A stretch of DNA of 64,000 bases from an uncultured Gammaproteobacteria bacterium (lineage in GTDB: Bacteria > Patescibacteriota > Patescibacteriia > UBA9934 > GWF2-40-263). The position numbers and the translations under genes were made by a program. Positions 40,385-51,340 of this stretch are shown in pieces. The stretch lies in contig CAYNRK010000003.1 of NCBI GenBank assembly GCA_964399675.1, forward strand, positions 9,033-73,032. Reading direction: 5' to 3'. The notes under the pieces are model-generated. The model was not told the origin of the DNA. It did not search any database and saw only the letters and a program-made list of their open reading frames with translations. Every line of letters starts with the position of its first letter. The first letter of the stretch is position 1.

Positions 40385-40461
40385 GCGCCCGTAGCTCAGC
40401 TGGATAGAGCATCGGCTTGCGGAGCCGGAGGTCGTAGGTTCGAATCCTGCCGGGCGCACCA
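40385..40461 (+). tRNA. tRNA-Arg(GCG)
   Basis: GCGCCCG/CGGGCGC acceptor, TCGGC-TTGCGGA-GCCGG anticodon arm, TTCGAAT, CCA; 77 nt. Confidence 0.93.
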
Positions 40462-40523
40462 GTTTATTGTGTAAATTTACCGAAGCTTAGCTTCGGTATT
40501 TTGTTATGTTATGATGCTGACAT

Positions 40524-42527
40524 ATGGGGCTTCATTTGAATTCATCAGTTGCTGAACTTCCGGGAATTGGCGGAAAGGCAGAAAAAGACCTTAAGAATCT
40601 CGGGATTATTAGTATTAGAGATCTTTTGTGGTATGTGCCATTTCGATACGATGATTACTCTTTAAGCAAACCTATTAATGAATTGAGAAGCGGGGATCAG
40701 GTTACGCTGACCGGAGAAGTAACTTCCATTCATAGTCGACTAGCAAAAAACAAGAAAGTAACAATTACAGAAGCTGAATTTGAAACTGGTGAGGGATCAA
40801 TTAAAGTTATTTGGTTTAATCAACCTTATTTGGAAAAGCAGTTGAAACCAGGTCGTAGAATTTCATTGGCCGGGCGTATTGATCATAGATTTGGTATGTC
40901 ACTTATGAATCCTATTTATGAACCAGAAGGTAAACAAATTCATACCGGACGGATCGTTCCGGTTTATGGTTTGTCCGGGTCGCTTACAATGCGACGTTTG
41001 AGAGCTGCCATACACACCGCACTTAACGCAACTGATGAGATGGACGATTGGATTCCAAAAGATATTCTTGATAAGGAATCGTTTCCAGTTTTGTCAGATG
41101 CTATTGCAAACGTTCACTTTCCAGAAAGCCAAGAGGTTCTAAATCGATCAATTGAGCGCATAAAGTTTGGTGAGCTTTTTTTGCATCAACTCATGTTTGC
41201 AGAAATTAGAGAGGATAGAAAAAAACGTTCAACTCATTCGATTGCCACTGATGAATCTTACTTGAAACAATTTGTTGCTCAACTGCCGTTTGAGTTAACA
41301 AAAGCTCAGCGTGTTTCTGCTTGGGAGATTGTTCAGGATATTTCTTCTGTGATTCCGATGAACCGTTTGTTGGAAGGAGATGTTGGATCTGGAAAAACTG
41401 TTGTCGCAGCTATTGCAGCAGCACAGGTTTTAAAACACGGTCACTCAGTTGCGTATTTAGCCCCAACAGAAATATTAGCTGAGCAACAATACGAAGTTTT
41501 ATCTGACACATTAAAAGATTTTTCCGTTGGTCTTCGGACTCGAACACAAAAGGAAGATGTTAAAGGCTCGTCTGTATGCATTGTTGGAACACACGCGCTT
41601 TTGCAAGAGGGGATTAAGATTCCAAATCTAGCTTTGGTCATTGTTGATGAACAGCACAGGTTTGGAGTGAAGCAGCGGCACGCTCTTCTTGAAAGAGATC
41701 CCGCCCCCCATCTTCTTTCAATGACCGCAACGCCAATTCCGAGATCATTGGCGCTTTCACTTTATGGAGATCTTGATCTTTCAATTTTAAACGAACTTCC
41801 AAAAGGCAGAAAACCTGTTGCAACAGCAATTGTAGAAAAGTCTCACCAACCAGGAATGTGGTCCCACATAAAATCACAAATAAGTTACGGCCGTCAGTTA
41901 TTTGTGATTTGTCCTCTTATTGATCCTTCAGATAAACTTGGTTCGAAATCAGTAACTGATGCAGAAAAAGAGCTAAAAAGCGGATCTTTAAAAGAGTTTT
42001 CAATTGAAGTTTTACATGGCAAACTTAAAACAGAAGAAAAGCAGGAGAGGATGAAAAGTTTTCAAAAAGGAAAGACTGATGTGTTGATTTCAACAACAGT
42101 GGTTGAGGTTGGGGTTGATATTCCAAATGCTTCCACAATGGTCATTCTTGGCGCAGAACGATTTGGACTTGCCCAACTACATCAATTAAGAGGACGTGTT
42201 GGTCGGTCAGATGTTCAATCTTATTGTTATCTTTTACCTGACACATTATCTTCAATTTCAGAAAAACGTTTGAAAGCAATGGTTGAAACAACAGACGGAT
42301 TTAAACTTGCAGAAGTTGATTTGGAACTTCGTGGACCTGGGAATATTTTTGGAAATTCACAATCAGGTTTTCCGGATTTTCGTTTAGCTACAGTTGCAGA
42401 TGTGGAACTTATGAAAAAAGCGCATGATTGGTCTGATCTAATACTCAAAGATGATCCTGAACTTGAAAACAATCCTTTGCTTAGACAAAAAGTAAAAACA
42501 GACTTTGCGTCTGTTCACTTGGAATAA
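40524..42527 (+). CDS. recG: ATP-dependent DNA helicase RecG
   Basis: GDVGSGKT, DEQHRFG, MTATPIPR, QLHQLRGRVGR. Confidence 0.97.
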   Translation: MGLHLNSSVAELPGIGGKAEKDLKNLGIISIRDLLWYVPFRYDDYSLSKPINELRSGDQVTLTGEVTSIHSRLAKNKKVTITEAEFETGEGSIKVIWFNQPYLEKQLKPGRRISLAGRIDHRFGMSLMNPIYEPEGKQIHTGRIVPVYGLSGSLTMRRLRAAIHTALNATDEMDDWIPKDILDKESFPVLSDAIANVHFPESQEVLNRSIERIKFGELFLHQLMFAEIREDRKKRSTHSIATDESYLKQFVAQLPFELTKAQRVSAWEIVQDISSVIPMNRLLEGDVGSGKTVVAAIAAAQVLKHGHSVAYLAPTEILAEQQYEVLSDTLKDFSVGLRTRTQKEDVKGSSVCIVGTHALLQEGIKIPNLALVIVDEQHRFGVKQRHALLERDPAPHLLSMTATPIPRSLALSLYGDLDLSILNELPKGRKPVATAIVEKSHQPGMWSHIKSQISYGRQLFVICPLIDPSDKLGSKSVTDAEKELKSGSLKEFSIEVLHGKLKTEEKQERMKSFQKGKTDVLISTTVVEVGVDIPNASTMVILGAERFGLAQLHQLRGRVGRSDVQSYCYLLPDTLSSISEKRLKAMVETTDGFKLAEVDLELRGPGNIFGNSQSGFPDFRLATVADVELMKKAHDWSDLILKDDPELENNPLLRQKVKTDFASVHLE

Positions 42528-42528
42528 T

Positions 42529-43815
42529 TTATTTTAAGTCTTTTACGTGTTTGATTTCTTTTGGGCCATGGATTGAGTTGATGCCAAGCCGTTCGGCTTC
42601 TTTTTTTCGCTTGTCCAAAAATGGAACTGGACGAACTTCACCGCCTAAACCAACTTCGCCAAGAAACATTGTTGCTTGATCAAAAGATGTGTTCAAGAGT
42701 GCACTGGTGATTGCCGCACAGACAGCAAGGTCTGCAGCAGGTTCCTTGAGCCGCATGCCACCTATCACATTGATATATACATCCTGATCAGAGAGTTTAA
42801 GACCAGCACGTTTTGAAAGAATTGCAATCATCATTTGTAATCGATTGTGATCAAAGCCCGAAGCCTTTCTCACAGGTGTTCCATATGCGGATTTATCAAC
42901 CAGTGCCTGCACTTCAACCAGAAAGACACGAGAACCTTCAACAGTTGCGGTGACAACAGATCCTGGAACCTCAACTCTGTCTTTTAAAAATTGTGCAGAA
43001 GGATTCTCAACTGGCAGAAGTCCTGTTGAAGCCATTTCAAAAACTCCAATTTCATCTGTTGGGCCAAAACGATTTTTTGTTGAAACTAGAAAACGATAAC
43101 TGTGGGTTGCGTCTCCATCCAAAGAAAGCACAACATCAACCAAATGCTCAAGAGTTTTTGGGCCTGCAACAGAACCATCTTTTGTTACTTGACCAACAAG
43201 CAGAATCGTAATGCCTGAACGTTTACAGAATTCTAGTAATAGAGAAGTTGCGTAGCGCACAAGAGCTGGTGTTCCAGGGGCGCTATCCATTGAAAGGGAA
43301 GTCAAAGTCTGAACAGAATCAATTACAACAAAATCGGGTTTTTCTTTTTCCATTGTTGCAACAAGTATTTCAACCGGTTTTACTTCAAGGTAAAGAATTT
43401 TTTCATTTACTCCACCCAAACGTTCAAATCTGGATCTGAGCTGAGATCCGGATTCTTCACCAGATACATAAAGCGACTCTTTGCCTTGTTTTCCCAGGTC
43501 TCTAACAATTCCTGCTACAAGAGTTGATTTTCCAATACCAGGCTCACCAGAGAGCAATACAAGCGATCCTGGTACAAGTCCACCTCCAATAACCCTGTCA
43601 ATTTCTTGAACACCAACTGTAAATCGATTATTGGATTGATTAGAAATTTGTTTTTGAAGTTCGACCACTTCAGCTGCTGGAGTTTTTTGAATCACAGAAG
43701 AAGACGACCCTTTAATGGTCGCCTCCTCCTTTTTTAAAGTTCCCCAGCTGTCACATTCCAGACATTTGCCAGACCACTTGATTGATTGTGCATCACAAGT
43801 ACCGCAGATATACAT
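42529..43815 (-). CDS. radA: DNA repair protein RadA/Sms
   Basis: N-terminal C4 Zn finger, GEPGIGKST, KNRFG. Confidence 0.97.
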   Translation of the reverse strand: MYICGTCDAQSIKWSGKCLECDSWGTLKKEEATIKGSSSSVIQKTPAAEVVELQKQISNQSNNRFTVGVQEIDRVIGGGLVPGSLVLLSGEPGIGKSTLVAGIVRDLGKQGKESLYVSGEESGSQLRSRFERLGGVNEKILYLEVKPVEILVATMEKEKPDFVVIDSVQTLTSLSMDSAPGTPALVRYATSLLLEFCKRSGITILLVGQVTKDGSVAGPKTLEHLVDVVLSLDGDATHSYRFLVSTKNRFGPTDEIGVFEMASTGLLPVENPSAQFLKDRVEVPGSVVTATVEGSRVFLVEVQALVDKSAYGTPVRKASGFDHNRLQMMIAILSKRAGLKLSDQDVYINVIGGMRLKEPAADLAVCAAITSALLNTSFDQATMFLGEVGLGGEVRPVPFLDKRKKEAERLGINSIHGPKEIKHVKDLK

Positions 43816-43818
43816 AGT

Positions 43819-44973
43819 TTAACCGGTAGGTTTTTTTAGCTCAGCTTTCATTTTATCCCAATCAAACTTAACACATGGACCAGTAACAATATCTTTTCTG
43901 TGTTTTTCTTGAGTGAGTCCAATTCGATTCCAATCCAAGTTTCTTGGATCAGCATGTCCAATTGCACAATGTCCAATTATATGATCATCATCAAAAGGTA
44001 CGTTTGTGAAAGATGTTAAGGTTCGTAGGAGTATGTTAAGAGATTTATATTGCTCATCTGTCCAAGTGCATTTTGAACTCTTCTCTCTGCTCTTTACAAT
44101 TTCATAAGACGCACCACAGCTGTTTGCAAGATCAATTCCAATGGAATATGAATTGATGCCTGCAGCGTGATATGCTGTTTTTTCGATTCCCATTGTTTGA
44201 ATAACTTCACCATCTCTTCCAATAACATAATGAGTTGAAAGACCCCTCTTTTTTAGGACTGCAATTGTTTGTTTGGCTGTACGAGCACCCTCATGAAGCA
44301 CAATATATTTTACTTTTTTAAAATCTCTATTACAGCCATAGTTGTCTAATTCAGTATTGAAAGTGCCCCCAGTAATTGAAGTCGCATCTACAGAAGGTTG
44401 TTTCCCCCGACACGGTTGTCCTTTTGGATATTTTTTTGGTGGAGGTGGAGCAGGCCATGGAGGAGGCATGTCATGGACATGAATTTGATCAACAACCAAA
44501 GCATCAAAGAAAATAAGTTCTGGGTTAACAACATAAAGAATTGTGTAAACACTAAAAAGAAGAACAACTCCAGTTACTGCATCTTTGATTCGTTTTTTTG
44601 CTTTGCCAGTGTCTGTGCCACCTGAGGCCAGTACGTATTGCAATCCACCTATCATTATCATGACAATTGCGATGACCACTGAAATACCAATCAGATATCG
44701 ATATGCAGCAGTAACATAATCACCTATAAAGGAAACAACAATTTTGTCATCTTTTAAAAGAACATTTGAAAATTTTAGTCCTGGAATGTCAACATTTAAA
44801 TCCGGTGTTATGAAATCAACCACTTCAGTATCCGTTGATGCGCTTGCAGAAACAGAGGTGCTAACTGCCGGAGATGCTGCTGGATCAGGGTCAACCGCTG
44901 AAACTGACAAAGGCAAAATCATGATGATTAACATCACAATTGCCAGTGAATTTTTTTTATCAAGTTTTAACAT
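43819..44973 (-). CDS. T4SS-pilin-like module fused to N-acetylmuramoyl-L-alanine amidase (Amidase_2)
   Basis: Pilin: IVMIMIGGLQY...AKKRIKDAVTGVVLL...NPEL; amidase: YIVLHE, STHYVIGRDG, AYHA, NSYSIGID, GHC...DP. Confidence 0.8.
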   Translation of the reverse strand: MLKLDKKNSLAIVMLIIMILPLSVSAVDPDPAASPAVSTSVSASASTDTEVVDFITPDLNVDIPGLKFSNVLLKDDKIVVSFIGDYVTAAYRYLIGISVVIAIVMIMIGGLQYVLASGGTDTGKAKKRIKDAVTGVVLLFSVYTILYVVNPELIFFDALVVDQIHVHDMPPPWPAPPPPKKYPKGQPCRGKQPSVDATSITGGTFNTELDNYGCNRDFKKVKYIVLHEGARTAKQTIAVLKKRGLSTHYVIGRDGEVIQTMGIEKTAYHAAGINSYSIGIDLANSCGASYEIVKSREKSSKCTWTDEQYKSLNILLRTLTSFTNVPFDDDHIIGHCAIGHADPRNLDWNRIGLTQEKHRKDIVTGPCVKFDWDKMKAELKKPTG

Positions 44974-46124
44974 TTTGGTGGGAATGGACACGATGCCCCT
45001 TTACATCGACAAGAAGTTCCGCCTTTTCCTTTAAGTTCAAAGTGCCAGAGTTCTTTTGAATATCTTACAAAACCAGCCTCAGCCATGATTTCGGCTAAAA
45101 GTTTTCCTGGATCTTCAAATTCTGAATTGTTCTGCACTCTTTTGGATGTTGGTGTGATTTTTTTTGCACCATCTGCAAGGTAAAGATCTATTGCAATACC
45201 ACTTCCATGATTTGATCCGCCTGGATAAGCAACAAGACTTCCGATTTCTTTTATTGCTTTTTCTCGTTTTACTGGATCTTCAATTTTGTATCTATTACAC
45301 ACCATTTTTATTTGTGTTTTAAGCGGCCTAAAACCACTGTAAGCTACAAGAAGATACTCTGTATCATAAAAAAAACCTTCACCTTTCTTTTTTGCAATCT
45401 CTCCGGCACGAGCCAATGCCGTTATCAATTCTTCTGTTCCTCTTGTGCCTGAACTATTTTTTAAACCAGTTGAGTTTGGGATTCTACGAGTTAGTTTTGG
45501 GTCAATTGTTTTTTCAGTACTTGTGGGCCAGGAGCTTGGATCTGGATGGTCATTACACCATTTTAAACATTCTGCTTTGGATTTACATACTGCTGATTTA
45601 TAAAGTTCGCTTCCTTTTTCTGCAACATCACCTGGCTCTTCAAAAACTTCAATAGGTATTCTCTCGATACGTTCAAGTCTAAGCGGACCAAACAAAACAA
45701 GGGATGGATTAACTGTATACAAGATCAAATAAACACTTAAGAGAAGTACAACACCGGTTGCGGCGTCTTTAATTCTTTTTTTAGCTTTACCCGTGTCTGT
45801 GCCACCTGAGGCAAGAACATACTGCAGACCACCAATCATGAGCATTACAATGGCAATGATGGATGAGATGCCGATCAGATAACGGTACATTGCAGAGACA
45901 TAGTCTCCTAGAAAATTAACTTCGAACTCACCACCTCTTGTAATAACGTCTGTAAATTTGAGTCCTGGAATATCAACATTCAGTGTCGGTGAAACAAAGG
46001 TTGGTGCAGCTTCTGCTGTTGTGCCCGGTTTTGCGGCTATGGTTACTGAAGCAAACGAAAAGAAAATGATCAGAGCGATCATTATTCCTAAATTTATACG
46101 AATAAGTAGTTTAACTAATGTCAT
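44967..46124 (-). CDS. T4SS-pilin-like module fused to M15 (VanY/VanX-like) D-Ala-D-Ala peptidase
   Basis: Same pilin module; SGFRP...Q, SNHGSGIAID (SxHxxGxAxD), ELWH (ExWH). Confidence 0.8.
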   Translation of the reverse strand: MTLVKLLIRINLGIMIALIIFFSFASVTIAAKPGTTAEAAPTFVSPTLNVDIPGLKFTDVITRGGEFEVNFLGDYVSAMYRYLIGISSIIAIVMLMIGGLQYVLASGGTDTGKAKKRIKDAATGVVLLLSVYLILYTVNPSLVLFGPLRLERIERIPIEVFEEPGDVAEKGSELYKSAVCKSKAECLKWCNDHPDPSSWPTSTEKTIDPKLTRRIPNSTGLKNSSGTRGTEELITALARAGEIAKKKGEGFFYDTEYLLVAYSGFRPLKTQIKMVCNRYKIEDPVKREKAIKEIGSLVAYPGGSNHGSGIAIDLYLADGAKKITPTSKRVQNNSEFEDPGKLLAEIMAEAGFVRYSKELWHFELKGKGGTSCRCKGASCPFPPKC

Positions 46125-46780
46125 TTAATAACAGCTAATTGAGTTTGGACAACTTCTAAGAGACGTTCCAAAGTAACAGCTCCCACCAGGATTTCATCTC
46201 CAATGTACAATATTGGAGATGCTGCAATGCCCAAAGCGATTCCTTCTTCAAAATCTTTTCTTATAATCGGAAGAGTTTCACTGCTTGCATAGCAAGATTG
46301 GAACTTGTCCATATTTAACTCAAGGTCTGTTGCGATTTCTGTGTATTGGAGATCAGAAAGAAAAGTTTGTCTTTTAAACAGCATGTCATGATAATCCCAG
46401 AACCTTCCTTGTTCCTGGGCACAGTGAGCTGCAATGGCGGCTGGTGTGGCTTGCTTATGCACGGAATCATTTGGGAGATTCTTCCATACTAGTCTTAAGT
46501 CATCGGGGTAAGTGTTTAACACGATTTCAAGAGGGGTTTGAATATCACCACAGGCAATACATTCAAAATCGCTAAACTCAACAATTGTCAGTTTTGCGTT
46601 AGGTGATCCTTTTGATGGATTGATAAATGTTACAATCGGTGCATCCAACTTTTCTTCCGAAGCTTCTTGTCTTATTGCCTCAAAGTCAATTTCAATAGGC
46701 TGAATACGAATATAAAAAAGAATTAGGACAAAGACGGCCACGCCAGAGAAGATAAGGTAGGCAAGTGTTTTATGATTCAT
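46121..46780 (-). CDS. DsbA-family thiol-disulfide oxidoreductase
   Basis: IVEFSDFECIAC, AAHCAQEQGRFW; N-terminal TM. Confidence 0.9.
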   Translation of the reverse strand: MNHKTLAYLIFSGVAVFVLILFYIRIQPIEIDFEAIRQEASEEKLDAPIVTFINPSKGSPNAKLTIVEFSDFECIACGDIQTPLEIVLNTYPDDLRLVWKNLPNDSVHKQATPAAIAAHCAQEQGRFWDYHDMLFKRQTFLSDLQYTEIATDLELNMDKFQSCYASSETLPIIRKDFEEGIALGIAASPILYIGDEILVGAVTLERLLEVVQTQLAVIK

Positions 46781-46782
46781 AG

Positions 46783-48006
46783 TTATTTGAGTCTAATGTA
46801 CTCAAGTTGTCCGGTTGCAAGACTTGTGAAGTAAAGAGTTGATTCGTCTTTGCTTACGGAAAGATTTTTCATGGAAGTATCATTTTCTGGAACAGCAATA
46901 GCAACTGAACGGCCTGTTGTTAAATTAATTTTGTAGACTGTGTCAGGGAGATCTTCATAAAGAGATCGTTGCAGTCCGGCATTGTTTGGAAGTCCGCGGG
47001 GGATTGCACAATAGATTGTTGTTGATGATCCCCAGGTACATTTGTCAATCCATGTGTTTAGGCCAAGGCTTCGTCTGTTTTCACCCATGCTTGAGGATGA
47101 AGCATTAACAATCCAAAGAAGTGGCTTGTATTGACTATAATTTCCGGAAACTGAATACAAAAGCTGTTTGCCGTTTGATGACCATTTTGATTCAAAGCCT
47201 AAACCTTCCACAATAAGACCTTTGAAGTTTTCACCTTTTTTTCCAACCGGGATAATCATTTTTCGATCAAGGTCTGCTGAGATTGTTCCGGCAGTATCAG
47301 CAAAGGCAACAACCTGATCGTTTGGCGACCAATTTACTTGTACCTTGTCAGCATTTGTTCCGAGCGCTTGCAGATTTTTTACATTTGATCCATTGGCACT
47401 GGTGCTTATGAGATATCGATTATTTGGATCAAGAGCAATGCTTTTTGCTGCGATTTCATCTTTGACCGGCGAGAAGTCAAATTCCTCCCAGTGGCTTGGT
47501 AAAGTTACCTGTGTTTCATTTTCAAAATCGTAAACAATATTTGAACCATCTGGAAATTCCATTACTGCCTTGTCAGCATCTTTGTTCCAATCGAGTGACT
47601 CCACTTCAGGAAATTGTTTATCAGAGAGTGCAATAACATTACCGTCTTTATCTATGGTGTAGAATCGACCATCGTTAGGGTCATAATAATTCACGTTCTG
47701 TCCATCGCTTGCGATTGTTGTGTTAAAAACTTCCGCTGTTGTTAAAACAGTTGTTTGCGTAAGACCTCCTTGTGCCACTTCATCTGCTTCAACAAGCCCA
47801 GCTTCTTCTTCGTCAATGTCTTCTAGTTCAAACTCTGGAGAGCCTTCAAGCGCGCCTGGTAATTCTCCGGCCATACCTTCTTCTTCGGTTATGACTTCAG
47901 GTTGTTGTTCTGGGGCAAAGAACATGTAATAAAGCGCTCCGCCAATAATTATGACAGAGATAATAAAACCAACAACGATGAGGATTTTTTTGAGATTAAA
48001 ATTCAT
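46783..48006 (-). CDS. Membrane-anchored beta-propeller (TolB-like) protein
   Basis: N-terminal TM, acidic linker, repeated WSP/FSP/WSS blades. Confidence 0.65.
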   Translation of the reverse strand: MNFNLKKILIVVGFIISVIIIGGALYYMFFAPEQQPEVITEEEGMAGELPGALEGSPEFELEDIDEEEAGLVEADEVAQGGLTQTTVLTTAEVFNTTIASDGQNVNYYDPNDGRFYTIDKDGNVIALSDKQFPEVESLDWNKDADKAVMEFPDGSNIVYDFENETQVTLPSHWEEFDFSPVKDEIAAKSIALDPNNRYLISTSANGSNVKNLQALGTNADKVQVNWSPNDQVVAFADTAGTISADLDRKMIIPVGKKGENFKGLIVEGLGFESKWSSNGKQLLYSVSGNYSQYKPLLWIVNASSSSMGENRRSLGLNTWIDKCTWGSSTTIYCAIPRGLPNNAGLQRSLYEDLPDTVYKINLTTGRSVAIAVPENDTSMKNLSVSKDESTLYFTSLATGQLEYIRLK

Positions 48007-48821
48007 AGAATGCCAATATAATTTAAAATACCAGCCCCAAGAGCAACAGGTACCCAGATGGGGAAGGTGACTGCCAACATTGCAATAATGCACAATAAGA
48101 GAAGAGCCAGGTCTGCTGCTATTACAATGCTGGTAATAATCATTTTTGATTTATCCAGTTTATCCATAAGAGGTATTGGCTGCCATTCAATGGGATCAAT
48201 AACAATACTTTTGCCTTTTGTATACCACCATCCATACCATGTCTCAACGTTTAGATATCCTAAAGAGAGAACTTGAATAACAAAAGTGACAATAATGCCT
48301 ACGCCTGCGGTACCAATATCCAAGACAGCACAGATTGCATTTACGATAAAATTTGCCCCGCGTATAATTAGTTTTTTCACCTGCTTTTTCACCTGTTTTC
48401 TAACTTCACTTTTTACAGCGTCTTTGGCAGTGCCTTTTACATCTTTGGCAAGATTTACACCTTGTCGGGCAGCTTTTAGTTGTCCAAGTTTACTTCCTTT
48501 ATCTCTGGCTGTTTCAAATTGTTTTTTAATTTCTTCAGCTTGTTTTTTCAAGACCTCCATTCCTGTTGGTTGCCGGCTCTGTGTTTTTGGAAGTTGGGGT
48601 AAAGTTGTGTTGATGGCGTTAGGCGCTTTGGCTTGCTGAGCTTTTCTCTGAGCTTGTTGTCGGCCTTGCATGAGTTGGCTCCGCCATGTTGGTGTTTGTA
48701 CGTCTACTTTATTGGGCTGTGAAATTGTTTCTGTTTTTGGTTTTGTTTGAGTATTCAAAGCAGCAGCCCGACTTGCACCAGGATTTTGTGGGGCAGTTGC
48801 AGCTGCAGCTTGAATAGCCAT
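48003..48821 (-). CDS. Hypothetical membrane protein with Q/A/P-rich N-terminus
   Basis: 272-aa ORF tightly coupled to both neighbours; C-terminal hydrophobic helices. Confidence 0.65.
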   Translation of the reverse strand: MAIQAAAATAPQNPGASRAAALNTQTKPKTETISQPNKVDVQTPTWRSQLMQGRQQAQRKAQQAKAPNAINTTLPQLPKTQSRQPTGMEVLKKQAEEIKKQFETARDKGSKLGQLKAARQGVNLAKDVKGTAKDAVKSEVRKQVKKQVKKLIIRGANFIVNAICAVLDIGTAGVGIIVTFVIQVLSLGYLNVETWYGWWYTKGKSIVIDPIEWQPIPLMDKLDKSKMIITSIVIAADLALLLLCIIAMLAVTFPIWVPVALGAGILNYIGIL

Positions 48822-48822
48822 A

Positions 48823-51321
48823 CTATTTAGTTCGGGTTTGTGGTTTTGTGACCACTACTTTACCCCCTTTAAGAGTTACAGAAAGTTTATCAGGATTATC
48901 TTTTTTAGTTAGACGTTCAGCAATTTTTGTTTCAACATGCGACTGGATGTGTTGGCGAATGTTGCGCGCTCCATAACGAGTGTCAGCAAGCTTTGCAATA
49001 AACGGCATAATCTGTTTTTGTACGGCCAGGTTTATGCCTTTGAATTGCATTCGATTGACAAGTTCTTTCATTTGCTTGTTACAGATTTGTTCAAGAGTTT
49101 TTTGAGAAAGTGGTTGAAACACGCAAACGTGATCAATTCGATTGAGCATTTCAGGACGGAAGCGTTCCTCCAGTTCTTTGCGCAAATCTTGATTCAACTC
49201 AATTGTTTTAGCACTTTCACCTTCAATAAATCCCATTGACCCTCGTTCAAATCGTTCAAGCCCAACATTAGATGTCATTACAATAATTGTGTTTTTAAAA
49301 TTAACTTTGCGTCCGGTTGCGTCTGTTAAATCTCCTTCTTCTAAAATTTGTAAAAGTAAATTTTGAACGTCTGTATGTGCTTTTTCAATCTCATCAAACA
49401 AAATTACAGAATATGGACGCTGTTTAATCCTGTCAGTTAAATTCGCTTGTTCTTTATAACCAACATATCCGGCTGGAGCACCAATGAGTTTTGACATTGT
49501 AAAACCTTCGGAGTATTCAGACATGTCAAGACGAATCAAATTCTTTTTTCCGTGAAAAATAGTTTCAGCAACAGCTTTTGCAAGTTCGGTTTTTCCAACA
49601 CCAGAAGGCCCCAAAAACATAAATGAAGCAAGAGGCCTGGCTTGATGTGCAATGCCTGTTTTGGCTCGACGTAAAGCACCGCCAACATCACCCAACACTT
49701 CATCTTGTCCAATAACATGTTGTCTTAGTTGATTTTCAATACCTCTTAAACGCTCTTTGTCTTCTTCTAAAATATCAGTCAGTGGAATGCCTGTTGCTTT
49801 TGAAATCACTTCTGAAATTTCTTTTCCAGTGATTTTTGGTACAGGCAAATTTGAATCAAGCCGATTAATAAGCAATGATGCTGACATTTCTTCTTCCTCT
49901 TCTTTTAATTTGATTGCATCTAAAAATCGTTCTTCAACAACAGCTTGTCGTTTTGTGTCTCGTACGTTTTCAAGTTTGTTTTCAAGCAATTTTCGTTTTT
50001 CAATAGGTCCTGGTTCTGCTGCGTGAACTCGTGTTGCTGCAGAGGCTTCGTCTAAAAGATCAATTGCTTTGTCTGGCAAATGTTTGTCTTGGATATATCT
50101 AACTGAAAGTTTTACAGCTTGATCAATGGCATGAGGGGTGATGTGAACGCCGTGGAATTTTTCATAATACGGAGCAATGCCTTGAAGAATTTCAATGGTT
50201 TTTTCTTCTGAAGGTTCTTCAACATGCACAGACTGAAATCGGCGTTCAAGCGCACTGTCTGATTCAATGTGTTTTTTATATTCAGCAGTTGTGGTCGCTC
50301 CAATACATCGAATGTCTCCGCGAGACAAAGCTGGTTTAAGCATGTTTGCTGCATCCATTGAACCAGACGCAGCACCAGCTCCAACAATTGTGTGAAGTTC
50401 ATCTATGAAAAGGAGGATGTCTGGATTTGCAGTCACCTCATCTATTATTTGACGCAAGCGCCCTTCAAACTCACCTCGATACATTGTGCCGGCAATTACA
50501 AGCGCCATGTCAATGGCAAATATACGTTTGTTTTGAAGAGCTGGTGGAATTTGACCATGTAAGATTTTTTTTGCAAGACCTTCTACAATAGCTGTTTTTC
50601 CAACCCCTGGCTCACCGAGCAAAAGGGGATTGTTTTTTGTTCGACGGCACAGAACCTGCATAAGCCGTTCGATTTCCAACTCTCGTCCAATAACTGGGTC
50701 AATTTTTTTCTGGATTTCTTTTGAGGTAAGTTCTCTGCCAAAAAATTCAAGAGCCGCCACTTTATTTTCCGGACCTTCATTGGCAACGGTTGCTGCTTGT
50801 TCTTTTGGTTGATTTAGCAGACTACTTTCCTGGTTTATATTGCTTGCAAGATCTGGAAATTTAGAAGTACTTTTTAAAACAATTGATAATTGTTGGCGAA
50901 TTTCTTTTTGATCAACATTGCGCTTGTTAAGAAAGGTTTCAATAATTGGATTTTTAATTTGTACAATACCGGAGAGCAAGTGCTCGGTTCCAACATATTT
51001 GTGTCCATAAATATTGGCACTCAGTACGGCCTTTTCAACAATACGTTTTGCATCATCTGACAAATGAAGCGTGAGATTGTCAGAGACATTAACTCCCGGA
51101 GTTACGGTTTGAACCGCTCCAATAAGTTTGCGCAAATCAACTGATTTGAGTCCAACTTTTTTAAGAATTTCTGCACCAATGCAACCGCGCTGTGTTCCAA
51201 GAGCCCACAAAAGATGCTCGGGTTGAATGGTTTGTTGGTTTGTTTCAACAACAAAACACAGTGCTCTGGTAAGAACGTTTTTAAGGTGGGAGCTGAATTT
51301 TTCAACAATGTCTTGAGGCAT
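48823..51321 (-). CDS. clpC: ATP-dependent Clp protease ATP-binding subunit (ClpC-like)
   Basis: Clp-N repeats, [23 protein letters not shown], short UVR-like middle domain. Confidence 0.9.
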   Translation of the reverse strand: MPQDIVEKFSSHLKNVLTRALCFVVETNQQTIQPEHLLWALGTQRGCIGAEILKKVGLKSVDLRKLIGAVQTVTPGVNVSDNLTLHLSDDAKRIVEKAVLSANIYGHKYVGTEHLLSGIVQIKNPIIETFLNKRNVDQKEIRQQLSIVLKSTSKFPDLASNINQESSLLNQPKEQAATVANEGPENKVAALEFFGRELTSKEIQKKIDPVIGRELEIERLMQVLCRRTKNNPLLLGEPGVGKTAIVEGLAKKILHGQIPPALQNKRIFAIDMALVIAGTMYRGEFEGRLRQIIDEVTANPDILLFIDELHTIVGAGAASGSMDAANMLKPALSRGDIRCIGATTTAEYKKHIESDSALERRFQSVHVEEPSEEKTIEILQGIAPYYEKFHGVHITPHAIDQAVKLSVRYIQDKHLPDKAIDLLDEASAATRVHAAEPGPIEKRKLLENKLENVRDTKRQAVVEERFLDAIKLKEEEEEMSASLLINRLDSNLPVPKITGKEISEVISKATGIPLTDILEEDKERLRGIENQLRQHVIGQDEVLGDVGGALRRAKTGIAHQARPLASFMFLGPSGVGKTELAKAVAETIFHGKKNLIRLDMSEYSEGFTMSKLIGAPAGYVGYKEQANLTDRIKQRPYSVILFDEIEKAHTDVQNLLLQILEEGDLTDATGRKVNFKNTIIVMTSNVGLERFERGSMGFIEGESAKTIELNQDLRKELEERFRPEMLNRIDHVCVFQPLSQKTLEQICNKQMKELVNRMQFKGINLAVQKQIMPFIAKLADTRYGARNIRQHIQSHVETKIAERLTKKDNPDKLSVTLKGGKVVVTKPQTRTK

Positions 51322-51340
51322 ACGTCATTGCTCTTCCTTT

